NCBI GenBank assembly: GCA_037443645.1
Contig: JBBINY010000007.1
Location: 3,450-67,449 of the forward strand
Reading direction: 5' to 3'
DNA: 64,000 nucleotides
Source of the DNA: Cytophagales bacterium
GTDB lineage: Bacteria > Bacteroidota > Bacteroidia > Cytophagales > Cyclobacteriaceae
Position numbers and translations under genes: made by a program. Below the pieces are notes generated by a model. That model was not told where the DNA came from and did no database searches. It worked only from the letters and a program-made list of their open reading frames with translations. This document shows, piece after piece, positions 49,407 to 59,500 of the stretch. How positions within the stretch are numbered: the stretch's first letter is position 1; each line of letters starts with the position of its first letter.

Positions 49407-50342
49407 GAAATTCGTTCAATTAAGGCTTTTGACATACTTGGAAGGCAGGGCGACTTCTTCGGAGCACAGTACCAGGCTGAGGGCTCATCCGAAATTCTTA
49501 CCACTAAAAGTATGGTAATTGATGATGAGTTGGCTCAAACCATCGGTTTCGAATTTGTAGCCGGAAAAGGATACTCAAGAGAAACCACTGATTCATTATC
49601 GATAATTCTCAATGAAACAGCCGTTAGGACACTTGGACTCATTGACCCCGTGGGTCAAAAGCTCAATCAGGTACAGCGAAGACCCGATGGCACCTTTACT
49701 ATTTCGTTTACCATTATTGGTGTTATTAAGGATTTTAATTTTCAATCACTTCGTGACCCGATTACACCGCTCAGTATTCAGAGTGCCGAAACGTTTGGGC
49801 CTGCTATTGGAGTTGCCTATATCCGTATTAAGGGCCAGTCAGTGCAGTCGGCAATCGGAAAGATCGAAGGTATATGGAAAGAACTGGTACCCGATCAGCC
49901 CCTGAAGTTCTCCTTTCTGGATCAGAACCTGGCGGCCAACTATGAAGCCGAACAACGGGCAGGTACCCTGTTCGGAACGTTTTCTGCACTGGCCATTTGC
50001 ATTGCGTGTGTTGGCTTGTTTGGATTAGCCGCTTACACCACCAGCCTGCGAACAAAGGAGATCGGGATACGAAAGGTATTGGGAGCTTCCGTGGGGAGCG
50101 TGGTTTTGTTGTTGTCAAAAGATTTTACCAAACTGATTGTAATTGCTTTTCTGATTGCGGTTCCAATTTCCTGGTACGTGATGAATAACTGGCTGAACGG
50201 TTTCGCCTACCGGATAAGCCTTGGAGCTGAAACATTTCTCCTGGCAGGAGTTATTGCTGTAACAATCGCCTGGATAACTGTAAGTTATCAGTCTATTAAG
50301 GCGGCAGTCTCCAATCCGGTGAAGTCGCTGCGAAGTGAGTAG
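49407..50342 (+). pseudogene. 5'-truncated FtsX-like ABC permease relic (last third or so of an 800-aa MacB-type permease)
   Basis: The 276-aa ORF (49512-50342) aligns by eye to the C-terminal 280 residues or so of the 802-aa paralog at 34087-36495 (IDDELAQTIGFEFVAGKG vs VDGDYFDLFGLTILAGEK; SNPVKSLRSE vs VNPVESLRYE). Similarity continues in frame upstream of the ATG (AEGSSEILTTKS vs QGSEEEFVTQVK) to a TAG at 49404-49406. Only 71 nt separate that stop from the accD stop, so about 520 codons are missing. Confidence 0.6.
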
Positions 50343-50343
50343 G

Positions 50344-51681
50344 TTATTCAATAAAATTCTTAAACGGATCCTTTATTAAATAGGCCCTATAAGACGCATG
50401 GTCTGTTGCTACTTTCCACAAGATCTGCCCCTCACGGTTAACAACCGTAATAATTGCATCCTTGCGAGTTGTGCACACCAGAAATTTGTCATCGCTGAGC
50501 ATTTCAGCACTGCCCATCCGGTAAGATGACAGGGATCGTGGAAGTTCAACACGAATCATCGTTGTTGCTTTTTTTGCTGACTCATCAATTTCATACGCCA
50601 TAACTCTTGAATTGGGGCGAATTTTTGAATCGCCATTATCAAACATCATCAGTTCATTTCGTGGATTGAAGTGAATGCTATGCTGCCGGATAAAATAATC
50701 CGAAGGATCCTCGGGTACGATGTTTCCCCCGGCCCCTAATTTCCACAGTACATCCCCTTGTTTACCATCCACTTTCCAAACCTGATTAAAATCCCGGAAA
50801 GAAATCAGGTAATTACGATGGCCATCAAGCACAATAGAATTGGCATGTCCCCAATTTTCTTTAAGGTTAATAGCTCCGGTAAAACGGGTTGGGTCTTCCG
50901 CTTGCAGAAGATTCCATATCCAGACCACCTTGCCTTCTTTTGACAGCACCAATATACCATCCGCTGTGAGGTACTGATTTTTAGTACCGCCAAATTTTCG
51001 TAAGTCATAACGGGCTGAGTCGTGGGTAATAGTTACGATATTTCCTGCCGGATCGTAAAATATTTCATGATGCACTTTGTATGGCAAACCCAATTGCTCA
51101 AGATCAAGGTCAAGGATTACATTCCCCATCAGGTCAGTCTCCATAATCCGTGCAGAATCATAGATTGACAAAATGGTGTTTTGGCTCGTCCAGGTAAATG
51201 CTCTTCGTACGGCTGTGTCATAGGAGTGATACCACACGATATCTCCCTCCCGATCTATCAACACATCGGCTCCGTGCTTAAAAAACCTGCGCAGAAGGAT
51301 AAACCCATCAAACACGGTAGTATCAATCCTCTCTTTTCGAATGTGGAGCACATGAGCCGGAACAGAATCGGTTTGAAAAAAAAACTCCTTTGACGACCGG
51401 TTGTTATGAACAATCGTGTAGGCATAGTGCCTGTTTGGTTTAACATTGAAGAGCGTAATGGCATGGTTACGGCCATGACTCGGCTTTGTTCGCTGCCGGG
51501 CCGATGGACGATCAACAGGCCAATATTCAATTCGTACTACTGTACTATCGGGGGTTGTAAATTCAAGATGTGGCAAAAGTACGTTGCTGTTATAAAATGT
51601 AACTTCCGGATCGGAGTGCCATGCCGACTGGCAGGCACTTGCACAAACAGCAAGAACAAATAGATATTTGCAGGTGCTCAT
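50344..51681 (-). CDS. exported arylsulfotransferase (ASST) family protein
   Basis: 445 aa. Signal peptide MSTCKYLFVLAVCASAC, N-terminal beta-sandwich-like region, and beta-propeller region with ASST-like motifs NWGHANSIVLDGHRNYLISFRDFNQVWKVD, VLWKLG and RQHSIHF..LMMFDNG. ATGA overlap with the upstream sulfotransferase gene. Confidence 0.7.
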   Translation of the reverse strand: MSTCKYLFVLAVCASACQSAWHSDPEVTFYNSNVLLPHLEFTTPDSTVVRIEYWPVDRPSARQRTKPSHGRNHAITLFNVKPNRHYAYTIVHNNRSSKEFFFQTDSVPAHVLHIRKERIDTTVFDGFILLRRFFKHGADVLIDREGDIVWYHSYDTAVRRAFTWTSQNTILSIYDSARIMETDLMGNVILDLDLEQLGLPYKVHHEIFYDPAGNIVTITHDSARYDLRKFGGTKNQYLTADGILVLSKEGKVVWIWNLLQAEDPTRFTGAINLKENWGHANSIVLDGHRNYLISFRDFNQVWKVDGKQGDVLWKLGAGGNIVPEDPSDYFIRQHSIHFNPRNELMMFDNGDSKIRPNSRVMAYEIDESAKKATTMIRVELPRSLSSYRMGSAEMLSDDKFLVCTTRKDAIITVVNREGQILWKVATDHASYRAYLIKDPFKNFIE

Positions 51682-52700
51682 TGCAATACCCTGTTTTCAA
51701 TTTGCCGCAATAAACTCTCCTGGGGTTCTCGCTTTAACCTATCCAGCGGATCAGCCTTACTCAATGCATCGGCAACACCTTTGGCATTTTCCTGTTCAAA
51801 CTGTGCAATGTCCGCTTCAGTTAACTTAACCTGTGAAATATCCGTAAGCAGCGGATATCCGAGAGCCGTCAGCATAGGGTGCGCTACCCCCTCAAAAATC
51901 CTGATCTGCTCCATTGAAAGTTCCTTCAGATACTTATGGTGGTTATTGCTCAAAATCGGCTTGGCCACATTCTTCCACATCTGACCCGAAGTGGCTGTAT
52001 TCAATGATTCTTCGGAATGAAAATAATCCATCATGGATTCATTATACGTGACGCCCAGTTTTTCGCAAATGCCTTTCAGAACAAGCCGGGGGTGAGCCAA
52101 TAACTCCTCATACTTAACCTCAATAAACCGGCCAGGCGAAACTATATCTTTTACGCGCAGCGAAAGTTCTTGTTCAAGATTCCATTTTTTGCCAAGGTGG
52201 TACACATGCTTGGGTCCTACAATAGCCTTGAGAAAAGACAGCGCTACATCACGGCCATCGCGATAAATGAAAAGGTAGTATGGATGCACACCCGCCTCCT
52301 CAATTTCCTTGATGTGATACACACTCTCCATGCTCTTGCAGCACCAATACGTGGCGCCCTCCTCAATAGCCTTCAATTCATAAATTCTTCTGAAGATTTC
52401 CACCAGGTTTCGCTGTGTACAACCGGCCATTATCCGATCAGCCTCGAACGAAATACCCTGCCAGGGCACCGGATTGCGGTTCACCCATTCGCACACATCA
52501 ATTACCAATGAGCGGAAATTCACATCATCATTCAAGTCCCCATAGCGCGGGATAAGCGGGAAAAAAGTTTTGAGTATGTGGGGCGGATGTGGCGCTGAAA
52601 TTTCGGGCAACTGGTTTAACATAACACGCAACAGGTTGGAACCCGAACGCTGAGTTCCTACAAATTGAATCGCGGATAAATTTGACGTTGATGTACTCAC
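51678..52700 (-). CDS. cytoplasmic sulfotransferase family protein (PAPS-dependent type)
   Basis: 340 aa with a GTG start and no signal peptide. 5'-PSB-like loop FVGTQRSGSNLL and 3'-PB-like YRDGRDVALS. GTGA overlap with the upstream transporter gene. Confidence 0.72.
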   Translation of the reverse strand: MSTSTSNLSAIQFVGTQRSGSNLLRVMLNQLPEISAPHPPHILKTFFPLIPRYGDLNDDVNFRSLVIDVCEWVNRNPVPWQGISFEADRIMAGCTQRNLVEIFRRIYELKAIEEGATYWCCKSMESVYHIKEIEEAGVHPYYLFIYRDGRDVALSFLKAIVGPKHVYHLGKKWNLEQELSLRVKDIVSPGRFIEVKYEELLAHPRLVLKGICEKLGVTYNESMMDYFHSEESLNTATSGQMWKNVAKPILSNNHHKYLKELSMEQIRIFEGVAHPMLTALGYPLLTDISQVKLTEADIAQFEQENAKGVADALSKADPLDRLKREPQESLLRQIENRVLQ

Positions 52701-53866
52701 ACAGAATAGGCTATATATCCAATCCCTCCGGAGGCTACCACAACAATAGCAGGATTAATCTTAAATCGGAAAAATAAAAGAAACGATATAATCAGTATAC
52801 CCAGGGTAAGAACCGGCTTTGTCGTATACCAATAATCCCAATAAATGGAGATGGCCGCTGCGAGAATGAGGCCAACAATGGCCGGCTTAATGCCTGCCAG
52901 GGCTCCCTGAACCCATGGGTTTGATTTGAACTGAACAAAAAATTTTGAGACAATAATCATTACCAGGGATGATGGAAAAAAAATCGCGACAGTCGCCAGG
53001 ATGGCGCCAATCACCCCGTTAAGCTTATAGCCGAAAAAAGCTGCACTGATCAATATTGGTCCGGGGGTGATCTGGCCTACAGAAATTCCAGCCATAAACT
53101 CATCCAGTGAAAACCATTGGGTTTGCTCTACCAGGATACCCTTCAGCATGGGCACCATAACATACCCGCCTCCAAAAAGTGACAGGCTTATTGAAGCAAA
53201 CTCAGTAACCAATCGTGCCATCTTATAATCATAAAAAAAATAACGGACGGAAAAGCAGGCCACGAGTAACAGCAGTGCAACAATAACCAATTGAGCCGCG
53301 CCTCCTGGTTTTGCTTCTTCAATGGGCGAAACTACCGGTTTCCTGAACAGAATGCCCATAAAACCGGAAATCAGAAAAACACCCAGCACAATTTCATAGC
53401 GCGGCAGTAAAATAAAACCAACGGTAGCAAAAATGAGAAGTAATCCATCCAGCCGGCCACTAACACTTTTGATTCCCATGGTTGCGGCAACAGAAAGAAG
53501 CAATGCTACAATAACGGGCATAATGCCTTTCAAAACACCTTCAATCCCGATATACTCACCGACTGAAAAATACAAGGCTGCGAATGCCGTAACCAGCACA
53601 AGCGATGGGATCAGCACCGCAACAACCGAAATCAGTGCCGCACGTACACCGCCAAGCGTATAGGCCGTATAGGCTACAACATTAACAGCCACCGGACCGG
53701 GCAATAATGAAGCTATGGTGATGCCTTCAGCAATTACTTCATCATCAATCACTTTATCCTTACTCACAAACTGCTCGCGCACCATGGCAACTAAAGCCAT
53801 ATACCCTCCAAACGAAGTGGATCCGATAATCAGAAATTTTTTAAAAAGTTGCGTAAGGCTTTGCAT
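52697..53866 (-). CDS. chrA: chromate ion transporter (CHR) family membrane protein, two-domain long form
   Basis: ATG at 53866 chosen (MQSLTQLFKKFLIIGSTSFGGYMALV...). The ORF-track TTG start at 53893 would translate the terminator T-tract as FFF. 389 aa with two CHR repeats, each containing a ...GG...PGP... motif (SLLPGPVAVN; QITPGPILIS). Confidence 0.78.
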   Translation of the reverse strand: MQSLTQLFKKFLIIGSTSFGGYMALVAMVREQFVSKDKVIDDEVIAEGITIASLLPGPVAVNVVAYTAYTLGGVRAALISVVAVLIPSLVLVTAFAALYFSVGEYIGIEGVLKGIMPVIVALLLSVAATMGIKSVSGRLDGLLLIFATVGFILLPRYEIVLGVFLISGFMGILFRKPVVSPIEEAKPGGAAQLVIVALLLLVACFSVRYFFYDYKMARLVTEFASISLSLFGGGYVMVPMLKGILVEQTQWFSLDEFMAGISVGQITPGPILISAAFFGYKLNGVIGAILATVAIFFPSSLVMIIVSKFFVQFKSNPWVQGALAGIKPAIVGLILAAAISIYWDYWYTTKPVLTLGILIISFLLFFRFKINPAIVVVASGGIGYIAYSV

Positions 53867-53877
53867 TTCATCAAAAA

Positions 53878-53907
53878 AAAAGCCCTGATGCAATCACCAG
53901 GGCTTTT
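53878..53907 (-). terminator. rho-independent terminator/attenuator after the PUL lipoprotein gene, 11 nt before the chrA ATG
   Basis: Minus strand: AAAAGCCCTG-gtgattgcat-CAGGGCTTTT followed by TTTTTGATG, so the hairpin and run of T's are unambiguous. Lies 17 nt after the lipoprotein stop. Confidence 0.65.
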
Positions 53908-53923
53908 CGTATTACGGCTTCAA

Positions 53924-54862
53924 TTAAATGGGTGTAAGGATGGTTCTGCCAAATTCTGCGTACACATTTTCCCAGAAAATGGTTATCACTCCTGTTCCCG
54001 GGTTTACGTTTGACGTGCTCCCAAACGTATTGGCCGGGCCATTAATCAAGTAGCCATAAGCATATGGCGCAGAGACAAGGCTAACCTTACCACACACATC
54101 AACAAAAACGGCTGCTACAGGCGGGTTACCCCATATAATGGGCTCCATACCTCCACTTAGGTCTGGTAGATTATACTGACCAATTCCTGATGCCGTTGTA
54201 AGCGTTACTGGGTAATTATTTACATCAGGAGTACCATAATAATCAACCCAATTAGTAACGGCATTGTAATTACCGGCAAGGGCAGAGGGGCAAAGCACCG
54301 GCACACTGCTGAACATAGGCGCATTAAAGAAAGCACCTCCAGTTACCACACCGCTGGTGTTGGTGTTGGTGAATTCGCGACCGTCAGTAAGCCTGACAAT
54401 GTGCCTGATTTCAAACACATCACCGCCAAATACCTGGTTTGCCGCCAAACCGAGTGCGGCAAGGATGGCGGACGACTGAATGGTAATGGTCGCCCGGGGA
54501 TATCCTGTATCCGGATCTTTGGTGAACGCTGAAGCAGGAACAACCGCAACGGAAGTTTCAGCAGGAGTGAGAATGGGTGCATTATTGTCCACAAACTTTG
54601 CTGTAAATTCCATTTCCTCAAGCAACCCGCCTTTTTTGACATCGCGCACTTCCAGGGTTATGACAAAACTGGAAACTGTAGGGTCAAGGGGATATCCAGG
54701 GGCATCTTCGGCAAGGAAGGATCCTGATGGCACAGCAATAATAGCAGCGTAAGCTCCGTACTCCTGGTTCTCATAATCGTAAGGCAACTTACTCTCGTCT
54801 TTACATGCAAAGCTGGCAACCAGAAGCAGTGCCGTTACAGTAAGATATTTTATGTATTTCAT
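53924..54862 (-). CDS. hypothetical surface lipoprotein encoded downstream of SusD (SusE/F-position protein)
   Basis: 312 aa with lipobox LLVASFAC and a beta-rich sequence. Starts 15 nt after the SusD-like gene. Confidence 0.6.
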   Translation of the reverse strand: MKYIKYLTVTALLLVASFACKDESKLPYDYENQEYGAYAAIIAVPSGSFLAEDAPGYPLDPTVSSFVITLEVRDVKKGGLLEEMEFTAKFVDNNAPILTPAETSVAVVPASAFTKDPDTGYPRATITIQSSAILAALGLAANQVFGGDVFEIRHIVRLTDGREFTNTNTSGVVTGGAFFNAPMFSSVPVLCPSALAGNYNAVTNWVDYYGTPDVNNYPVTLTTASGIGQYNLPDLSGGMEPIIWGNPPVAAVFVDVCGKVSLVSAPYAYGYLINGPANTFGSTSNVNPGTGVITIFWENVYAEFGRTILTPI

Positions 54863-54876
54863 AACTTGACTTCGTT

Positions 54877-56520
54877 TTATTTAATAAAATTATCCGGATT
54901 CGTATCCCAAAAAACCTTCACCTTATTATCCGGCTTCTGGGTTGCCGTACTGTTCCGGTTTACATATACACTGGGATACGTAAACGAACGGTACGGATTG
55001 CCTCCTGCAGGCTGCAGTGTAGGTTGCATGTCATTCGGTTTTCCCGTTCTGCGGTAGGTATTAAATGCATCCACCCCGTTACCGTAAAGCGCAATCCAGT
55101 ACTCTTTTATGATGACCTGTAATCGCTCATTATCATTTGCAGCCGCATCATATTGTGCCAGTACAGCATTTACATAGTTGTTGATAACTGTTGCACTGGG
55201 AATCAAAGGAGACGTACCCGCATCGGGTGCTCCCACCGCTTTCACTTTATCAATTGACTTGCGGATACCTTGTTCCAGAAGTGTTCTGGGGTTTCCGATT
55301 GTTCCGGAAGCAAATACCAATGCGGCTTCAGCTTTCATGAACTCGGTAAATGCTGAATTCATAATCGGAAGGATGCCCGCACCTTTCAGCCCCATATCCT
55401 GGTTAACGGCAGAAAACGAACTGTTATCAAACTTTCCGCCTGCGGGGTAGATACCAAAGGCAGTGCGCTTGAAGTTATCCGGAGGAATACCACTGAAATC
55501 CCCGAAATCACGGCCCCAGTAACCATCACCAACCGCGCAAAATACGTAACCGGCATAATGAGCAGGAGGTGAAACGTTGATGCAGAAAAGTTCATTGACA
55601 TCGGTTGTTGTTGCAGAAACCTGACGATAGAAATAATAACGGATGCGCGGATCAACCACACTCTTGCCGTTGTACATCATTTCCATGAAGTGATTGCTCT
55701 GATAGTAGCCGGCACCATTCAGGTAGTCGCCTGTAAAATAAGGATGACGACTGTCGGGGTTGGCATTGGTGGTTGAGTAGCGGAAATTGAAGTCCTCAAC
55801 ATTTGAACCTAAGTCCACCAGGTCGTTCTCAGTTACCAATGCCTCAATGTTTGCTTTTGCATTGGCATTGACTAGCCGGGTTTGCAGGTTTGCACGCAAC
55901 TTCAGGGTTTTGGCCAGGCTGCGCCACCGTGCTCCATTGCCTCCATAAAAGATGTCATTTTTTGGCTTAGCCAGCGAGTTATTATCCGGATCAGCATCCA
56001 GATCGCGGTTAAAGTTGGCGATGGCATCATCCAGTAACGCCATGGCTTCAGCATACACATCGGCTTCATCATCCTGACCGGGGTTAAAGTTATTTGGATC
56101 GAACGCTTCCGAGTAAGGAATCCGTCCAAAATAATCCACCAGTGTCATCATGGTGTAGGCCTGCATAACTTGCGCCATGCCCAGGTGATAGTACAATTTA
56201 CGATCGGCAAACGAGGTGGAGTTAAGATTGATATTCAATAAGATTTCAATGTACCCGGTAGTCCAAAGGTTATCAAAACTCTGGGCAAAAAACCCGTTTT
56301 CATACGTGGGTCCATAAAAATGGATCTGGCGGGTCATTTGCATGCCAAAGTCGCTCGCTTCCCAGAAGAAATCGGCAAAGCCCAACTGAATACCGTTCAG
56401 GATATAATCGGGATTGGCTTTATCGGGCGTTAATGCACTTGGATTATCGAGTTTATTCAAGTCGCAGGACAACGCCCCGACCAGTACAATCGCTAATAAT
56501 ATTTTCTTAAGTAGTTTCAT
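54877..56520 (-). CDS. SusD/RagB family nutrient-binding outer membrane lipoprotein
   Basis: 547 aa with lipobox VGALSC and TPR-like helical SusD architecture. Immediately downstream of the SusC-like gene. Confidence 0.85.
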   Translation of the reverse strand: MKLLKKILLAIVLVGALSCDLNKLDNPSALTPDKANPDYILNGIQLGFADFFWEASDFGMQMTRQIHFYGPTYENGFFAQSFDNLWTTGYIEILLNINLNSTSFADRKLYYHLGMAQVMQAYTMMTLVDYFGRIPYSEAFDPNNFNPGQDDEADVYAEAMALLDDAIANFNRDLDADPDNNSLAKPKNDIFYGGNGARWRSLAKTLKLRANLQTRLVNANAKANIEALVTENDLVDLGSNVEDFNFRYSTTNANPDSRHPYFTGDYLNGAGYYQSNHFMEMMYNGKSVVDPRIRYYFYRQVSATTTDVNELFCINVSPPAHYAGYVFCAVGDGYWGRDFGDFSGIPPDNFKRTAFGIYPAGGKFDNSSFSAVNQDMGLKGAGILPIMNSAFTEFMKAEAALVFASGTIGNPRTLLEQGIRKSIDKVKAVGAPDAGTSPLIPSATVINNYVNAVLAQYDAAANDNERLQVIIKEYWIALYGNGVDAFNTYRRTGKPNDMQPTLQPAGGNPYRSFTYPSVYVNRNSTATQKPDNKVKVFWDTNPDNFIK

Positions 56521-56544
56521 AATGCTTACAATTTAGAAGGTCCG

Positions 56545-59500
56545 TTACAAGGTAATCCGCAAGCTCACACCGTACCGTCTTGACGTAGGACCGGTAAGGA
56601 ACTCAAGGCCCAGGCCATTGCCTACGCCAGTACTCAACACATCGGTATCAAAGTTCATGTACTTCGGAAAGTTCACGGCTTTGTACCACAGGTTTTGACC
56701 CAGCAACGAAATGGAAGCTGACCGGATTGGTGTCTTCCCTAAAATGGATGCGGGTATAGCGTATCCAAGGCTTATTTCGCGTAACCGGATAGTTGTTCCA
56801 TCATAAATGGAAACTTCAGTCGGTCCGAAACCAATGTTGTTAAAGAAGGCCGTACCGATAGAAGTCTGAATGTTGTTGGGCGTTCCGTCTTGCAATACAC
56901 CCGGAAGAATAACGGTTTGATCACGGTCAAAATCGGTGTCCTTGCTGATTCCCCGTGCCAGCATAGTTCGTGTAGTGGTTGAATAAATATCGCCACCATA
57001 ACGGTACTCCAACTGGGCGGAGAGTGTAAGTCCCTTCCAGGAGAATGTATTGATCAACGTTGAAGTCCAATCGGGGTTCGGGTCTCCGATAATGCCAATG
57101 TCATCGCTGAATAACCAGTCGCCATTGGAATCAACCACCCGCTCACCATTGAGCCGCTCAATTTTCGATCCCTGGATTACGTTAAACGGCTTGCCCACAA
57201 TGGCCCAGTTGCCAATGTCGCTGAAACCGGCTATCTGAACCTGCTCCAATCCACCGCCTAACTCTTCTACAACGCTCCGGTACAACGACCAGTTAGCCAC
57301 AATATCCCACTGGAATCCGTTGTTGAGCCGCACTGGTGTTGCGGTAAGCGCTAACTCAATTCCTTTCGTATTCAGTTTACCGATGTTAATCCGCGTAACA
57401 CCAAACCCGGTTGAAGGATCCAATGGTGCATCGGTTATCAGGTCTTCGGTATCGCGTGTATACAGGGTCAGGTCGATGCCAAGCTTTTTATTAAACAATT
57501 GAGCTTCTACACCGGCTTCAAATTCCTTTTGCAATTCCGGTTTCAGGTTTGGGTTGCCAAGACGTGTTGATGCTGCATTAACAGTAAGTACATTACCATT
57601 CGCATCAACAAAGGCCCGTGCATCCGAGAAAAGGGTGTTCCGTGTACTGTAGGGAGACGGGAACCCTGCCGAAGTACCATAGCCAACACGCACTTTCAAA
57701 AAGTTCAGGTTGTCAGACTCAATACCAAAAGCTGTTGTCGGCACAAAGGAAACGCTGGCACTGGGGTAAAAAAGTGACCGGTTGGCCTCTTCCAGCGTTG
57801 ACGACCAGTCGTTCCGACCTGCCAGGTTAACGTATAAGTAGTCGTTGTAGGCCAGTGTGGCCTGGGCATAAAGACCCTGGCGGATGTTTTCCTCTTCATA
57901 TTGGAGCTGGGCACCATTGAATGATACCGCGGCATGATTAATGAAGTTATTATGGTTGATCAGCCCGAATACCACCTGGTTCTGACTTTCAATGCCATCC
58001 TGCGCATACCGGTCTTGCCTGATTTGTCCACCCGCAACGAGGTTCAGGCTCATGCTCTCGTTCAGATTCCTGTTATAGGTGGCGATGAAATCGTGGTTCC
58101 AGATGGTGTTGCTGGCACTAACAGTTCGATAAACACCCTGCTGTGAAATTACACCCTGTACGCCTCCCCGGTTGCTCCAGTACTCCTGAAACTCATCGTA
58201 CCGGTCAAGGCCTATCCGGTAAAGAAAATTAAAATCATCGGTTATGCTGTAGGTGAATGAAGACTGACCGTAGAAGCGATTTACAAAATCAGTCTGCCGG
58301 CTGTATTTGGCCGTCCACCGGGGATTTTGAATATCGTTACCTGAACGGTAGTATACGCTGCGATGATCATTCGGAGCTTCAAAAGGAAGACCCATCAAGT
58401 CAATGCTTCGGGGAGTGTAGAGCACATCGGCAAACACCGAAATCCCTGACCCGCTTGCCCCGGAACCATTCCCTGTACTCAGCGGTGGTGTTTCCATATC
58501 GGTTGTGGCAACGTTCATCGTTGTATTGATATTAAACTTGCTTGTTACATTGGCATTAATCCCGACACCGCCATTAATCTTGGTTAGCGTATTACCTGGA
58601 AGGAAACCCTCTTCATTGGTGTAGGAGAAGTTCGCGTTATAGCTTACGTTATCGCGTGAACCACCGATATTGAGGGAAGTGGTAGACACAACCCCTGTTC
58701 TGAAAAAGTTAGTCGGATCAGCATAGGCCTTGTAAGCATATTGCTTTCCGTGGTACTCCGGAAACTGGCTGTACAATGTTGGGTCAGCCAACCGGTCGAA
58801 CGGGTGTTGCACGGAATCCGGACCGAATAATCCTGTTCCTCCACTGCCCGGAAACCGGGGGCCCCAGTTACTAAAGAAGAATCCGAAATTCTGATCAAAT
58901 CCGTTACCGTAATTATCCTGATAGGTGGGAATGGATGCAATCTTGTTGAAGAATACCGATTGTGAAACATCAATACCAAAATTCCTGGCCTTCTTTGAGC
59001 CGTTCTTCGTGGTTACCAGAATCACACCCTTCTTGCCCTGTTCACCATATAGCACGGCAGCGGCAAGGCCTTTCAAAACGGATATGTTTTCAATGTTATT
59101 GGGATCAAGGTCAAGAAAACGGGATGAAGTGCCCAACCCACCACCAGCAAAATCTCCCTGCGCATTGGTGCTGGTGTTGAACGGCACTCCGTCAACAACA
59201 AACAACGGCTGGTTACTGCCCGAAATAGTAGTGTACCCCCGGATAACAATGTTGGTTCCTGTACCGGACACACCGCCCGTTGAGGTGATGTTTACTCCTG
59301 GAATTTTACCGGTAAGCAGCCTGCCGATATCGGATTCGGCCTTCTGTGCAACCTGTTCACCCGAAACCGTTGACACGGCATACCCAACAGCGCGTTTCTC
59401 GGTTTGAGCACCCATGGCGGTAACAACCACCTCGCTGAGCTGGGTCACATCGGAAGTCATATTTACATTCACAACCGAGCGTTCACCAACGGCAACTTCC

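Noticed and set aside
53867-53893. TTG start at 53893 for chrA (MHQGFFFDE...).
   Set aside because: These codons are the loop and T-tract of the intrinsic terminator read as protein. The ATG at 53866 gives an N-terminus typical of CHR proteins.
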